The notes beneath the pieces were generated by a model. That model made no database searches. It was not told the origin of the DNA and was given only the letters and a program-made list of their open reading frames with translations. Positions 1-15,170 of a stretch of 64,000 nt of DNA are shown here, piece after piece. A program made the translations under genes and the position numbers. Origin of the DNA: Flaccisagitta enflata (lineage: Eukaryota); the NCBI GenBank assembly GCA_965153355.1, contig OZ231126.1, positions 16,182,001-16,246,000 on the forward strand, given 5' to 3'. The stretch's first letter is position 1. Each line of letters begins with the position of its first letter.

Positions 1-404
1 CAAATGGTAAAATCGTAACCGCAATTCGGCGAATAAATCGTCATTCAGGATATCATATCTTATTCACTGCGGTATGAAGAATTTCATCTCATAAATTTCG
101 ATGTCTCTGTTTCTTTTGGCCTGTTTCTCTATTTAATAATCTGTTTGTCATCTTCTCTATCTCTCTGCACGTCGTCCCCATCAGTCAGGAAAAAAGTCGA
201 GTCAGATCTTCGACGACGAATATGGTTTTCATTTTCTTATGGGGGTGAAAGTCTCATCATTGTTGTGACCTCGTATTTTGATAATTATAACCATTTATTT
301 TCTACAGGAAATATTCTAGGAAGAAACATTTTTTGGGTTAAATTTTGAATTTTACAAAATTCAGAATTAATTTTTCAGTCTTTATGATTTAATAAGTCAG
401 AAAA

Positions 405-850
405 GAAGATTCTTATTATTTTTAAGCATGCAAATACAGAAAATATCTTATGAGTATAATATCATCTGTGAAAAGTGTTTTACAATATTCTAACAATTAA
501 CTACTATTTAGCTCAGTGTTTTTTCTGATTCCAAATAGAGTTGAATGAAAATGTTTGGACTCTGTGGAGGCATGCAAATAATGGCTCAGTGTATAGCTAG
601 CATCTGTGTTGTGGCTATTCTTCATTTAACAGTTCTCTATATATTTGAAAGGACAAATATTGGATTAAAAGCAAATACAAAAAGGGCATGTCAATGATTT
701 ATCTGGTGAAACAATTTAAGTATATTGCTCATCTATCATTTGACGATTTTAATTGCAATCCACGATCTATCAAAAAAAAAAAAAGAAAAGTAAATGATGG
801 TCACTTTAACGCGTTCTATTTTTCCTGCGGCGGTAGCCACCATTACTGAA
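405..850 (+). repeat. Degenerate copy of the ~150-bp-core interspersed element also present at 10960-11710
   Basis: AGCATGCAAATACA...CATCTGTG...TTTAGCTCAGT...TTTCTGATT motifs and the end TTTCCTGCGGCGGTAGCCACCATTACTG match the 11.1-11.7 kb copy. Boundaries approximate. Confidence 0.6.
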
Positions 851-1920
851 ACATCATTTTTAACATTCTGCTGTAATGGCTATATCACCATAATGGTTGA
901 TTTGTTATTCATAATGTATGATTCCAATTGTCCTATTCAGCAGATACATATGAAGCAAAGCTGGTGAAGATGCTCGAAAGAACACTGAAAACTATGGAGT
1001 CGGAAAAAACTCTCATGATTTTATTGCGAAAACGCGTTTACTGCTTGCGATGCTTAAACGCTGGGAACATGTTCAATTTCTGAAAAGCTGACGTGGTGAT
1101 AGAACTGTTTATAAAACATTAAGGCACTCAGATTTGGAAAAAACAGAACAATCATCATTTGTGTCAACTTTACATAATAGAAAGGATTATAAGATACTGT
1201 TATTTTATGCTTGATGAAAAAGAGAACACTGTAAATAAAACAAAGAATTATTACTGTATTATTATTATAGATTACGTATCAGTCTTGCTAAGCTGATGAG
1301 CTGTGATGTATTTCTCATGTCTTTGGTGGCGTCAGAGTAGACCGGCCTACAGTATAAACGATGATCAAAATAAGAATATCACAGAACAATTTGAACTCAA
1401 ATCTTCTAAATAGAGCATTGAGCCTCAGGGAAAGAGATGGCATGTTATAAGAAAAGGTGACAGGCAGTTTATAAACACCCTCTATTCATTGTGTACAGTA
1501 TTTTTATTCTGTCACTCAGATTTCTTATTTTGTTATGGTGTAACATGCCAGTCATTCCTGCTATGCGCCCATTCAATGCCTCACCTAATAACATTCTATA
1601 TTAAACCTCTTTTGTCAACTACTTCCACCTCTGTGAAAAGCAAAATATTCTTTTCATTAGGCCTGGAAGTGGCTCAGTTATCTTGCACTCAGCCCAGAGT
1701 GAAAGAGGCTAAGTGCAGTCTGTGACCAGGCAAGCACATTTGATGTTATATTCTCACCAGCAACAGCAAATCTATGCCACTCCATAAAATTATCCCCTTT
1801 CAAGAAAAGAAAAGAAAAGAAAAGAAAACACATCATACTAAGAGCAATCAATATTGGACCTGAAAGTGGAGGTACAAGTTGTGTGGCATGCGACAGAGTG
1901 TTTAACGTGCTCAGCCTGCC

Positions 1921-1933
1921 TGCAACAGCAGCA

Positions 1934-1974
<41 letters not shown>

Positions 1975-2086
1975 TGGGCAGCAGCAGCAACATACAGCAC
2001 AGCCACTAACAACAGCAACAGCAACAGCAACAACAACAACATGCTAACAAAGTAACAGTACAACAACAACAGCTGTAACAGCAACA

Positions 2087-2119
<33 letters not shown>

Positions 2120-2642
2120 TCAACAACAAAAACAACAACATCAGCAACAAAACCAAATTCAAGAAAAGCAGCAACAACAAAACCAACACCAAGAAGAAGA
2201 AGAAGAAGAAAAAGACGAAGAAGAAGAAGATGAAGAAGAAGAACAACAACAGCGGCAACAACAACAAAAACAACAACAGCAACATAGCAGCAACAGCAAC
2301 AGCAGCAGCAACAGCAAACAATGACAACAACAGCAACAGCAAGCAAGCAACAGCAACAGCAGCAACAGCAACAACAGCAACAACAACAACAACAACAACA
2401 AAACTAGCAACCTTGAAACCAACACCAAGAAGAAGAAAGAGAGAAGAAGAAGAAGATGAAGAAGAAGAAAGAAGAAGAAGAAGCAGAAAGAAGAAGAAGA
2501 AGAAGAATAGATGGAAAGAGAAGAAGAAAGAAGAAGAAGAAGAAGAAGAAGAAGAGAGAACGGCAACAACAGCAACAGCAACAACAGCAACAACAACAAC
2601 AGCATCAACAAAAAGCATCAGCTATAACAGCAACAGCAGCAA

Positions 2643-2674
<32 letters not shown>

Positions 2675-2690
2675 ACAGCAACGGTAGAAC
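1921..2690. repeat. Compound (CAG)n/(CAA)n/(GAA)n microsatellite
   Basis: Direct reading; explains the low-complexity ORFs at 1911-2734. Confidence 0.9.
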
Positions 2691-2811
2691 TCAGCAATAA
2701 AACTCAGCAATACCAAACCTGGTCCTTATCCTGAACCTGAGTCTCTAGGAGTGGGATCATGACGTCCAACAACAGCCAACAGGCAAAAAGTCTCGGCAGG
2801 CCATTGTGCCA

Positions 2812-2869
<58 letters not shown>

Positions 2870-3253
2870 TAAAGACAAAGCTCGCTCTACTCGGCTTCTC
2901 GGCATAAATGGCATCGATGCCTTCGGACTTCGCCGCGTTTTCAAAATGTCAATTTGGACAAATTTTGGGCACATTTGGAGGAATTTAAGCAAGAGGAATT
3001 TAAGCAAATTTTGGGTCCGAAAATGCTGCCACTCACCCGCCGCAAACTGAGCCCTCCCCCACCGCCGCCGCCGCGCCGCAGCCGCAGCAGCATCATCAGA
3101 CGCAGTTCATGCAGCAGATTTCCAATGTTCCGCAGCCTTTGCCAAATGCTATTTAGAAGGAAAATGAATGGGAACAGAATATAGTTGAGCCTCACTAGAG
3201 CGTATGTCTAGGGACCAGGTATATAGAGAAGCTGTTTTACTGCTGGTATGGGA

Positions 3254-3650
3254 AACTAGTCATTCAAGGATCGCACATGGTCAGCGATACCCAATTCCCT
3301 GCTGGGAGTGATCCAGTGAAGAAGTGGAGTGAGAGCAGGGCCGATGTCCTGTAGAGCACAGAGGGGAAATTCCAGACGTCCTGAGGGGGCATATTTCAGG
3401 CCTTAGATGACTGATTTAGGCCACTGACACTGCTGAAGGCATATTTGAAGGCTGGAGGGCAGAATTAAGGCTTGGAGAGCAGATTCGAGGCTAGGAGGGC
3501 AAATTTGAGCCACTGAGGGCTGATTTGATGCTTGGAGGGTTCATTTGATGCTTGGAGGGCTCATTTGATGCATGGAGGGCAAATTGAAGGTCTGGAGGGC
3601 AGATATGAGGTCTTTGGGGCCTTTGGGGCTTTTGGGGCCCCTGCCCAAAA
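3254..3650 (-). mobile_element. Helentron-associated non-autonomous element (HINE/DINE-1-like), family A (subtype as 29635-30152)
   Basis: Reverse complement ends ...GCTGACCATGTGCGATCCTTGAATGACTAGTT like the 30152 copy; degenerate 21-bp central repeats; begins TTTTGGGCAG. Confidence 0.75.
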
Positions 3651-3835
3651 AGGCTGGATACATCGCAAACTGAGTCGCAGTGCAGTACCCTGGTTACTGG
3701 TTAGGCACTTTGGCAGGACTTTGCCGCCGCAGGAGCGACGACATGAGACACGCAATGTGGACAAATGTGAGCGACTAATGGATTGATGGACGGACTGAAA
3801 AGTAGCTTATTGACTGACGTAGCACGCAACTAGAT
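3648..3835 (-). mobile_element. Degenerate HINE-like family B copy abutting the family A copy
   Basis: AAAAAGGCTGGATACA...AGTCGC end and GCACGCAACTA start resemble the family B copies at 14274 and 20794. Confidence 0.5.
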
Positions 3836-3961
3836 GCTGCAAGATTTATTAAAAGACAAAAAGTTGAGTGCCTTAAGGGTGGATAGTGGATATGCCTTGT
3901 TAGCGGGTGCGCATTAGTGGTGCTGCACTGAAGTCGGAAAAGCGTTTTCTGCTCCTCCGGT

Positions 3962-4056
<95 letters not shown>

Positions 4057-4229
4057 GAAAATTAGAGCGGTGGATTTGGCGAGTTTTGTAAATTTGAAAA
4101 ACAATTTCAAATCATTGAGAAATTGTGAGGTGACAATAACTCTGAAGATAGCGCTGACGACATTGGAAACAATCGATATCAGTGACTAGATAACATTTGA
4201 CAATGCTACACATATTGATGCCTTGATGG

Positions 4230-4847
<618 letters not shown>

Positions 4848-4950
4848 ATTTTCAGTCGCGGACACGCAGCTCTTCAAGTGGCCGTCTGTTGATCGGTCCG
4901 TCGGTCGCTTGGTCCGTGGTGATCGAGTAGTAAAGTGTGTGTGTGTGTGT

Positions 4951-4997
<47 letters not shown>

Positions 4998-5031
4998 TTT
5001 GTTTGTTTGTTTGTTTGTTTGTTTGTTTGTT

Positions 5032-5118
<87 letters not shown>

Positions 5119-5827
5119 GTGTGTGTGTAAGTGTGGATGTGGGGTTTTACACCCCTACACGTATATTTCTTGTCTTGGTAGAATCTTGATACTGACAAAC
5201 GATCTTTGCCCCAACCTCAAGCCCTAACCTTCCATTACTTGATGTCGGTCCGTGACTCCGGCCACGTTTAGGCCGAACTCTGCACGCCTACCAACAAACA
5301 GCTCTCACTCGGTACAAGATCATCACCCTATCATTGGTACTGAGTGAGCAAGCATTTGTTTAAAAATAGTTAGTTTGTTTTTCAAAATGAAGATCAATCA
5401 AAATGAAAGAATCGTTGTACTTGTAGCGGAGAGCGAACTTTTCTTTGTCTCCTTTCCCCGACAAGTGACGCAAACATATCATTTTCTCAATGAACTACAC
5501 AAATTTCCATCAATTTTTCCTTTTCATATGCAAAGTGCAGATTTATAATAAATCTTTTCTCTATATTTGTTCAGGCAAAGTTTAAAAATCTGGTTAAATA
5601 TGAAAAAAAAAATCACGAGAAAAAATTCCATTTGACGAATGTACACCTGAATCGATATCGAGGCGAAAGATTAAAATTGTTGAAAACCTTTAGAATGTTT
5701 GATGAAAGATCTTTTGGCAATAAATTGAGGATAAGAACAAACCTTTATTGGCCCAAAAATGGATTTTGAGGCTGCCCCTTTCTGAGCTGGGCAAACAGGG
5801 GGGAGATGGGGATAGAAATTTCTCTCT

Positions 5828-5933
<106 letters not shown>

Positions 5934-6454
5934 TTCTGAATCGATTTTTTAGATATAATTTCATATTTTATAAATCCAAAGATAAACGGAAAAAAATTAT
6001 GAAATTGTAAAGATGTGCGAAAAACTGAAATAACGCAGATTTGGTTCATGATTTCTTATTTTTCTTGGCGATTTGCAAAAAAGTTGTGGGTTGAAATGAA
6101 TTCATAACTGTGGCGGCTTTTCTTCCATTCCAAATCAGTGAATCAGCCGTTCTAAATGTTTTCTTTTGTCCTTCGTTTTTTGGTTTTATTTTTGCAATTT
6201 TGGGAGTCATAATCAATAACAAAGTAGTGCTCATTAAAGTTTTGAAATGTGTTTGTTCTGTTTGTTTGGCGGGGAAAGCGATCACATCTGTTCAGAAAAA
6301 GAAACTAAAGTATTTTTTAGTCCTGATATGTTTTTGAACATAAAATTCTTTTTTATCATTTACAATGAAGTGCGGGTAAAGTTCAATCGGTAGATGGATC
6401 CCGTTAGAAAAACCCCTTCTTCTGCTCCATCGTTTCTCGTCATCATCGTCATCA

Positions 6455-6978
<524 letters not shown>

Positions 6979-7277
6979 ATTTTTGGTATTGCCGTTTTCA
7001 ACACCATCTTCTCCATTTCCTCTGCCTGCACCATCCTTCCCTTGATAATCTTCGTCTCCATCATTATCACCACGATAGCGGGCTTAGCGGCAGGCGGCAG
7101 GCGGCAGGCGGCAGGCGGCGGGCGGCGCGGCAAACAGCACGCAGCGGGCGGTGAGGTGAGGAACGGGCGGCGTCGCAGGCGTTACGTGATAAAGAGGGAG
7201 GCGCGGTTTCCGCTGACGCAGCAATTGCCGACATTGAAGGTAGAAGGGAAAACTGATTGAGAAAATGAGAGAGAGAC

Positions 7278-7328
<51 letters not shown>

Positions 7329-7990
7329 CGGAGAGAGAGACACAGACAGACAGACAGATAGACAGACATGGAAAACTGCTCAAACAACCATGAAGAGCGA
7401 CATACAGATAACGACAGAAGTAATGGTGAATATAAATGAACTTAAAAGGTGCGTGAACCGCTTCATTCCGAACCCACTTGGTATGTAGGTTAGCCAGCTA
7501 TTAGCCGCTAGATAGACTGGTCGTTGGTCTGGGTACCAAGTCGGGCCTTCCAGCCGACTTTTGCTCATTGGTTCATTTCCTTCACTATTATTCTATCCGC
7601 TGAATCGGCGATTTAACGACCAATTTTGCCTCTTTTATTTCGTACAATTGTTCATTCTCTGTTTCGCTCTCGGCTCCTGTTCCGGCGAATAAAGATAAAG
7701 ATATCTGTTCAAATAAAGATATCAGTTCAAATAGTCGTTATTACAGCAAAAAGCGCGGGAGTCATGTGACTCGTAGGGTACGGTACACTGTACAAATAAG
7801 GAACCGAAGATCGGTGACACTAGATTTTATACGCTCCATGTCTACGACATATGAATTTGAGATTGATACCGTTAAGATACCATATTTTTCCTTTTTTAGC
7901 GCCCGAATGAATATGGTACATCGCCCATAACTTCATCTCTGACTAACCTCCATTTCTCAATTCTCATTCCGTTTCGAATTCTTACTCTAA

Positions 7991-8250
7991 GGGGGCGTTT
8001 CTTGTCAAAGATGATCGTGTTTTGAAAGGGCCACTCGGTCGCTAGCTACGTTCGTTCGCTCGCACCACTCACTTGCTCCGCAGCGCTCTGCTTCGCCCCG
8101 CTCGTTTTGCTCGCTTGCTCCGTTCATGGGCTCGCTCACTCACTTCGCTCACTCCCTCGTGGGACAGTTGAAATTCTTGAATATGTGTTCACACTGTTAT
8201 CGCGTTTCACGGGAACAAACGCGTTTTTGGCGCTCACTAGAAACACGCCC
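7991..8250. mobile_element. PIF/Harbinger (Tourist-like) MITE
   Basis: TAA direct repeats at 7988-7990 and 8251-8253; ~15-bp imperfect TIR (GGGGGCGTTTCTTGT vs GGGCGTGTTTCTAGT); internal CGCT-rich repeats; related copy at 12700-12872. Confidence 0.75.
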
Positions 8251-8611
8251 TAATTTCATGTTTGACGTCGCGTAAAAAAAGAAATATTCCTTCCAAAATT
8301 TTCTCTTTTCGAACTCGTGTGAGGAATCAAGTTAACCAACGCTGAAAAGGTGACGAAGCGGCATTTATCAACGCCCTCATCCCAAGAACCGGCGTCAATT
8401 TCTGACGCGGCGACGTCACCAACCGGCGTCGTCATTCGATTCGATGTACCGCCGCCGCTGCTTACGTTGCTGCTGTTATTGCTGCTGCAGCTGTGGCTGT
8501 TGTTGCTGCTGCAGCCTGCTGTCGTTATCATCAATGCAATGCCGGGGCGTCGCCGAGTAACATTTTCTCGTTTCTTTTCTCCCTCTCTCGGCAAATTTTG
8601 TCATTTTCTTA

Positions 8612-9180
8612 ACAGGGTGTGCAAAATTATCCGCACTTGGCACTTAATTTTTTCAAAAACTGTAGAAGAAAAAGATTTATGAAAGCATGAGTGGTAAGTT
8701 TTTTAGTAATCAAAACTGGAATTCACATAGTCAGTAATAAACTTTTTTAGGTATATTCTACTCTGATAAAAAGTTCCTTAAAATATTTTATCAAAATAAT
8801 CTTCTGAAATTCTGTTGTTAGTTTTTGCTCTTTAGGCTTAGTTTATTTGCTTTAGTGAGCTCCATTCATGTTGATATAATTAATCTCCCTCGGCATAATG
8901 TGTGCCAAGCAAAGAAAATTATTAAATGAGTAGTCACAAGTACAAGAATCTATGATATTGTTACTTATTTTACCTATGAAATAAAATCCTGTCAAAATCA
9001 AAATCTTTGTATCAAATCATTTGTCTCCCATAGTGACAGAGAGTACAGAAAATACCTGCAATCACTTTTAGCTTTTAATATGACTAACTGGGCTAATTTG
9101 GTCCAAATTTCATGATGCTGGGTTATTTTTAAGTATTTTTTTTTCCATGAAGCGATTGCGGATAATTTTGCACACCCTGT
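8612..9180. mobile_element. Tc1/mariner-type MITE
   Basis: Perfect 24-bp TIR ACAGGGTGTGCAAAATTATCCGCA, TA on both flanks, AT-rich non-coding interior. Confidence 0.85.
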
Positions 9181-9489
9181 TATTCCTCGTAAAGTCATTT
9201 TCTGTTCCATTATTTCGATTTCGTCTTCCCTTAAAATTTCTTTTCTCTTTCTATTTTGTTTTCTTTTTTTTTCTGTCGGACTGCATCGTCAGTTAGTTAA
9301 TCTTTTGTCCTGATACAAGTCTTAATCAATAAGCCTTTGCTTATGTTTGCGTACCTAAGATTCATTTTATTTGGCTTCTGCAGATCTTGGCAAATGTGTA
9401 CTAGTGGAATCCCTCTCTTTCTATCCGTCTGTCTCAGCTCTGTCTGTTTCAGCTCTTTGTCTAGGTCTGTCTGTCTCAGCTCTATAGAT

Positions 9490-9824
<335 letters not shown>

Positions 9825-10386
9825 CTTTCCGGTTCCCGGCGTTTCCCTCTGCCTTATTAGTAATCAAGGAACCTGACAATGTTGAAATTGCCCCCGTTTA
9901 TCAAGAGGCGGTCGCCGAACCGCCGGCGCGGCAAATCTCTCTTTCACTCTTTCGTTTTACGCCGGCAACATTACAGCCGCTACAACCACCACCACCAATA
10001 CTACCAACACCACCACCACTTCACCATCACCGCCACCTGACACTCGAACCGCCAGGCGCTCTCCCAGCGGAAACGCGACAGCTGACGCCCTACGTGTCCG
10101 CACGCCTCGCGAGTTACACTTTCATTCTGTTTTTCTGCCTCTTTTTCTGATTGTACAATTGTGTGTCTGTCTGTCGCTCTATCGGTCTGTCTATCCGACT
10201 GTGTGTCTGTCTGTCTGAATAAATGTGTGTCTATCTTTTGTCTGCCTGAACTTTAGCTAGCTATTTGTATTTGTACTTGTCACTCTGTCTCGCTACGTGT
10301 GTGCTAGACTGTTTGTTTGCTTGAACTTGCTCAATAAGTCTATGCCTGTTAGTCTTTGTGTCCTTATGCCTTTGTGACTGTCTGAC

Positions 10387-10514
<128 letters not shown>

Positions 10515-10959
10515 CGCGGCGCCGTTTAAGCCGCGCGCCGCCTTCGTCGATTTCGTCGTCATCGCCGTGGGTGGCGGCGGTGGGGTGGCGGCGGCGACGG
10601 TCCCGGCCTTCGCTGTTCGCAGGTGAATTAAGGGCGTGATTGCTCTCAACCAATCACAAGTCCCGAAGGTAAAATCACGTAAATTAAGAGGACCAATGAG
10701 AGCAGCGGAAAGAAAATGGTCAATCAAAGGCGATGATGGACTCGAGATTTGGACGATGGCAGGAAAGAAAATGGAGAAAGAAAACGAAAGGGAGAACTGA
10801 GAAAGGGGGTACGCGTACGTGAGGAAGGAAGAACAAAGAGGCAGGCAGGTGACTGCGCTGTAATTGGTTATCGGGAAAAAAAGTCGAAGTCAGTCTTTGA
10901 CTTTTTGACATATTTGAGAGAAACATGGTTTTTATTTTTATCTGAAAGTTGAAATCTCC

Positions 10960-11710
10960 TTAACCGAGTGCACCCTCGGACAAAATTGATAGGGTAATAT
11001 CTTTAATTCTCTTTCATTTGGCATGGCAAGTGCTCTCTACGGCGAATATTTTTGCACTTATAATTTTTAAAGATTTATTTACGACCAATTTAGATTTAAT
11101 TTTTTTTAAATTTTCTTTCATTTTGTGTAGGATCAAGTTTGTTTCAGCATGCAAATACAAGAAAACATGTTTATGAGCATAGCTGCTCATCTGTGAGGGA
11201 GATTTTGAGCATTTTAGCTCATTTAGCTCATTTAGCTCAGTCTTTTTTTCTGATTTCAAATCTAATATATGAATAAATATATTGATAGATGTTTAAGCAA
11301 GCAAATACAAGAAAGCATGTCAGTGAGCAGAGCTGCTCATCTGTGAGGGTGTTTTTAAAGTATTCTAGCTCATTCAGCTCATTTAGCTCATTAAGCTTGC
11401 TCTTTTTTCTAATTTCATAACAGATGAATAAATGTTTTGATTTAAGCATGCAAATACAGGAAAGCATGTCAGTATGCATGGCTGGTTGTCTGGTTGAGTG
11501 ATTCTGAATATTTTTGCTCATCTAGCTCATTTGGCTCAGTCCTATTTTTCTCTGATTTTCAGAACAACCAATACATACAATTGCTTTTAATTTGATCTAA
11601 CAAATAAAAAAATTGCAGTGAATTAAGACAAAAGCTTGGTGAAAAGTGAACAACGCTTATGACTTTTTTCCTCACGGCGACAGCCGCCATTATTGGTATA
11701 TACCTCGTTA
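10960..11710 (+). mobile_element. Interspersed element with ~150-bp tandem core repeats (probable HINE/pearl-like)
   Basis: Core units start at 11146, 11296 and 11445 (periods 150 and 149); 5' hairpin CCGAGTGCACCCTCGG after TT; 3' end GGCGACAGCCGCC...CTCGTT; second copy at 405-850. Confidence 0.6.
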
Positions 11711-12303
11711 TGTCTAATCTAAATGGGTTTTGGGCTTAAGGCAATATTTTCTGTTAAACCTAGCTACACCTTCCATTTGTAGTTGTAAACTTGCTCACAC
11801 AGCGTGAAATAGAGAAAAAAGAGAAATCATAGTTGTTTCTTATCAAGTTATAGTGATGCAGCTTTAATGTGAGTCATACCAGAGCTCCAGTTATTCATTC
11901 ACAACTTCGAACAGCTACTTCCTCAGTCGATAGTTTGAAATGTTGATCAAATTATCATTATTACTGTTTAGACACAAACTACACATATAAGTCGTTCTTC
12001 TTATTGATCTTTTTTTTTAAACCAGCTTCGTTTCGGCGTCGTCGTCTTCTTCATGATGGTTTCCGCCGTGTTGCTCTCTCCAATCTGCGACTTGCCCTTG
12101 ACCTGTCATACAAACGATTGATTGATAGTGATGACGTCACAATATTAAAATCTAGATGCGTCATCCGCAGTGATCCGCCGTGATATTTGAAGAGGCGTAA
12201 CGGAATTATCAACGGACCGACATACCGACAGACCCTTTTATAGATACGTATCACACATCCTATAGACTCCTGCTGAAAAAAAATCATTGAAAACGTCTCT
12301 CTC

Positions 12304-12398
<95 letters not shown>

Positions 12399-12405
12399 CT
12401 CTAAC

Positions 12406-12654
12406 TTTTTAGTTGCAGTCACGCAACTCTATAAGAGGTCTTGTCCGTCCGTCCGTCTGTCTGTTGATGTGTAGGTCCGTCCATTGGTCAGTCCACGAGC
12501 ATGAGTCGAAAAGTGGAAAAACGAGCGTTTTTAAGCTTTTTTGTGTATGTGACTGTGTTGGGTAAGGTGTTGGGTGGGGTGTTGGGTGTGGGTGGGGGTT
12601 GGCTGCCCCTGCCCACCCGTCTGCAACGATATTGTGACCCCACGTCACTTGTTT
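12406..12654 (+). mobile_element. HINE-like family C
   Basis: TTTTTAGTTGCAGTCACGCAACT 5' inverted repeat, (GTCC)n microsatellite, 3' GCAAC subterminal repeat, GTGACCCCACGTCAC hairpin, ends in TT; matches the interrupted copy at 36285-36986. Confidence 0.75.
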
Positions 12655-12699
12655 GAGTGCTTCATCTGATGTCAAACCTGGGCTGCTTCTGTTGGCTTA

Positions 12700-12872
12700 G
12701 GGTGTGTTTCTCATGACGACCAAAAATGAGATTCTTCCCTTTAAACGCAAGGGAGTTAGCGAAGTGAGTGAGAGAGCCCATGAATGGAGCAAGCATGTTA
12801 AGCGCCGCAGAGCTGAGTGATGCAAGCATACAAACTTAGTGAGGGCATTTGTTTGTGACTAGAAACGGGCCC
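12700..12872. mobile_element. Degenerate inverted copy of the PIF/Harbinger MITE at 7991-8250
   Basis: TTA|GGGTGTGTTTCT ... ACTAGAAACGGGCCC ends; interior AGCGAAGTGAGTGAG...CCCATGAA is the reverse complement of ~8120-8150. Confidence 0.6.
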
Positions 12873-13537
12873 AAACTGTTTTTTAACATCAATTATGCCA
12901 TGAGATTTTGACAGCGATTTTTGAGCAATTTTTTAACTAGTCTTGAGGCTCAAACTCTAGTTCCAGACTTAAATTTGAGCCTCAGATCATCACATTTCTG
13001 TATACAGTTGTGCAATAACGGATGTCAAGGAGTCAATTAGTTTCAGGCATTATGGGCAATATTGCCTATTTTGTGGAAAACTAGTAGTGGTGCGCATATC
13101 AACTAGTCAATGAGGGTTCACAAGGCCCTCTTCCATTAATTTCAGTTTGGGTATAGTGACCTTCCATCCATCCGTCTATTTGTCTCTCTGCCTGTACATC
13201 TGTCTGCTGGTGTTTCCATTTTGCTCCTTCTATAAACAGGCAGATGACACAGCAAGTTGCCCAATCGGGCATGTTCTTTTTGACATTATCACTGGATCTT
13301 TTTGTCACGTGCAGCCCACTTTGTCCATTGGTTGGTTGGTCACGTTTCATTTCTACTTTTTATGATTTTTTTCTTAGTTTTTTTTTCTATTGCAGAGAAG
13401 CAGATCAATCAAAAAGGGATAGACTGATAAAGTGAGATTGTTATCAAAAAAAAAATCTTGATTGTCTCATCCTGCAATCAAATCCCATGATGCATGGATC
13501 AAACAATGTAAGCCATCATATGTTAACTTGATCATGT

Positions 13538-13639
<102 letters not shown>

Positions 13640-14015
13640 ATTTCAGTCATTGAAGCTTTCTTACCCTATTTTCTGTCTCTCCTTCTTTTTATCTTTGTTT
13701 TTCTCTCTATCCCTCTCTCTCTCTCTCTCTCTTTATTTCTCTCCCTCTCTTTCTCTCCTGTCTGTCTGTTTTTCTCTCTCTCATAAACGAATGTATGCCG
13801 GAGTTTCTCCGTTGGAAGTGGCCAAATTCTTACGTTATCCTTCCGTCAATCTCCCGATACCTTTTCTCTGCCCTCTCTCTTCTCCTATCTCTTTCCCTTT
13901 CCTTTCTCTTTCTCCGATTCTCCTCCGTAAAAAAGAGAAAGTATTTCGTCAGATTGACGACAGTATGCAAGCGTGATAAAAAAACGGTCCGATGTAATTT
14001 CCTCCCTAGCCATAT

Positions 14016-14156
<141 letters not shown>

Positions 14157-14273
14157 ATTTTTCTTGGTGGATTAGACCTACATAGATTAGGTTCGCTGAT
14201 TGCGATTAAACACAAGTCGGCGTTGAGCCAAGCATATGAAATCGATAAGAACCAAACATCCAATGAAAGCGAG

Positions 14274-14447
14274 AAACAAGGCCGGATACACGGCCAATAC
14301 CAGTCGCGGACGGGTGGGCAGAGGCGGAAATGCGTGTTTTTCGACTCGAGCGTGACGGACCGACGGACCGACGGACCGACCGACGGACCAACCGGCGGAC
14401 GGATGGACAAAGCCTCTTTTAGAGTCGCTAGTCCGCGACTAAAAAAA
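14274..14447 (-). mobile_element. HINE-like family B
   Basis: Minus strand: TTTTTAGTCGCGGACTAGCGACTCT, (GGTCCGTC)n, CGCGACT subterminal repeat, GCCGTGTATCCGGC hairpin, TTGTTT end. Confidence 0.8.
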
Positions 14448-14541
14448 GTGGAAAAGAGTGGAGTCTGGCATTGGCATTAATGCATCGTTACAGGAATAAG
14501 ACCGGATACACGGCAGCCTTAGTCTCATGCCGGTGGGCAGG

Positions 14542-15170
14542 CACCCTCTCCAGAATGACGAAAAAGGATGGCCCTCTCAGGGAGGCTCCTCAATATGATA
14601 CAGTGGAGCACCGCTAGAGCGCACCCGCTAATAAAGCATGCCCGCCTATAAGGCATCTAACTTACTGTCCTTTGAGAGATTTTGTAGTTATTTCTATATT
14701 GGCAATAAGGCAGCTTCACTATAAGACATAATTTGGCCCAGTCCCTTGGCGTTTATTCAATACAGTGAAAAAATTGATAGCTGAAATAGTTTTTTCTTTT
14801 TCTTTTTTTTTGCGTATAACTCGTAAACAGTTGATCGTAGAGTAAAATGGACCTCATTTTTAGCCCCCTTTAATAAACTTTACTCACATTGAGGGTAAAT
14901 CACTAACAAAATTTCATTATAAAAAAAAAAATCACATTTTAATTGAATAACTTATTTTACCTATTCTGCCCTGTGTTGTCTCTTATCATTTAACCTACAT
15001 GTGTCTCACAACAGTCCCTCTTCTCAATACTGCCCCTTGCAATTTTGTCATCAACATATCATCCCAAATCTAGAATAGATAGAGAGCAGACTATCACTTT
15101 CTGGAGAGGCTTTTTTATTTTTTTCCTTAGATGTTCTACTTCGCAAAATGATAGCAATCTGTAGAAGGTG
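14542..15170. mobile_element. CAC-terminated non-autonomous DNA transposon with 4-bp TSD (Chapaev/CMC-like)
   Basis: Imperfect TIR CACCCTCTCCAGAATG vs CACCTTCTACAGATTG; TSD CAGG; removal restores GGGCAGGGGCAGT of the host HINE; second copy inverted at 39190-39674. Confidence 0.7.
14601..14750 (+). mobile_element. Truncated Tigger/pogo-like MITE nested at a TA in the CAC element
   Basis: TA|CAGTGGAGCACCGCTA start; absent from the 39190-39674 copy; related copy at ~21960-22111. Confidence 0.6.

Noticed and set aside
940-1900. Coding-looking unique sequence (possible decayed transposase or gene)
   Set aside because: Multiple stops and no recognisable motif.
1911-2734. Long low-complexity ORFs (also poly-ER/SL/CV/TH ORFs throughout the window)
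   Set aside because: Produced by stop-free microsatellites; no domain or splice support.
8256-8682. Overlapping GC-rich ORFs on both strands
   Set aside because: Openness is explained by (CTG/TTG)n and GC content; no domain or clear splice structure.
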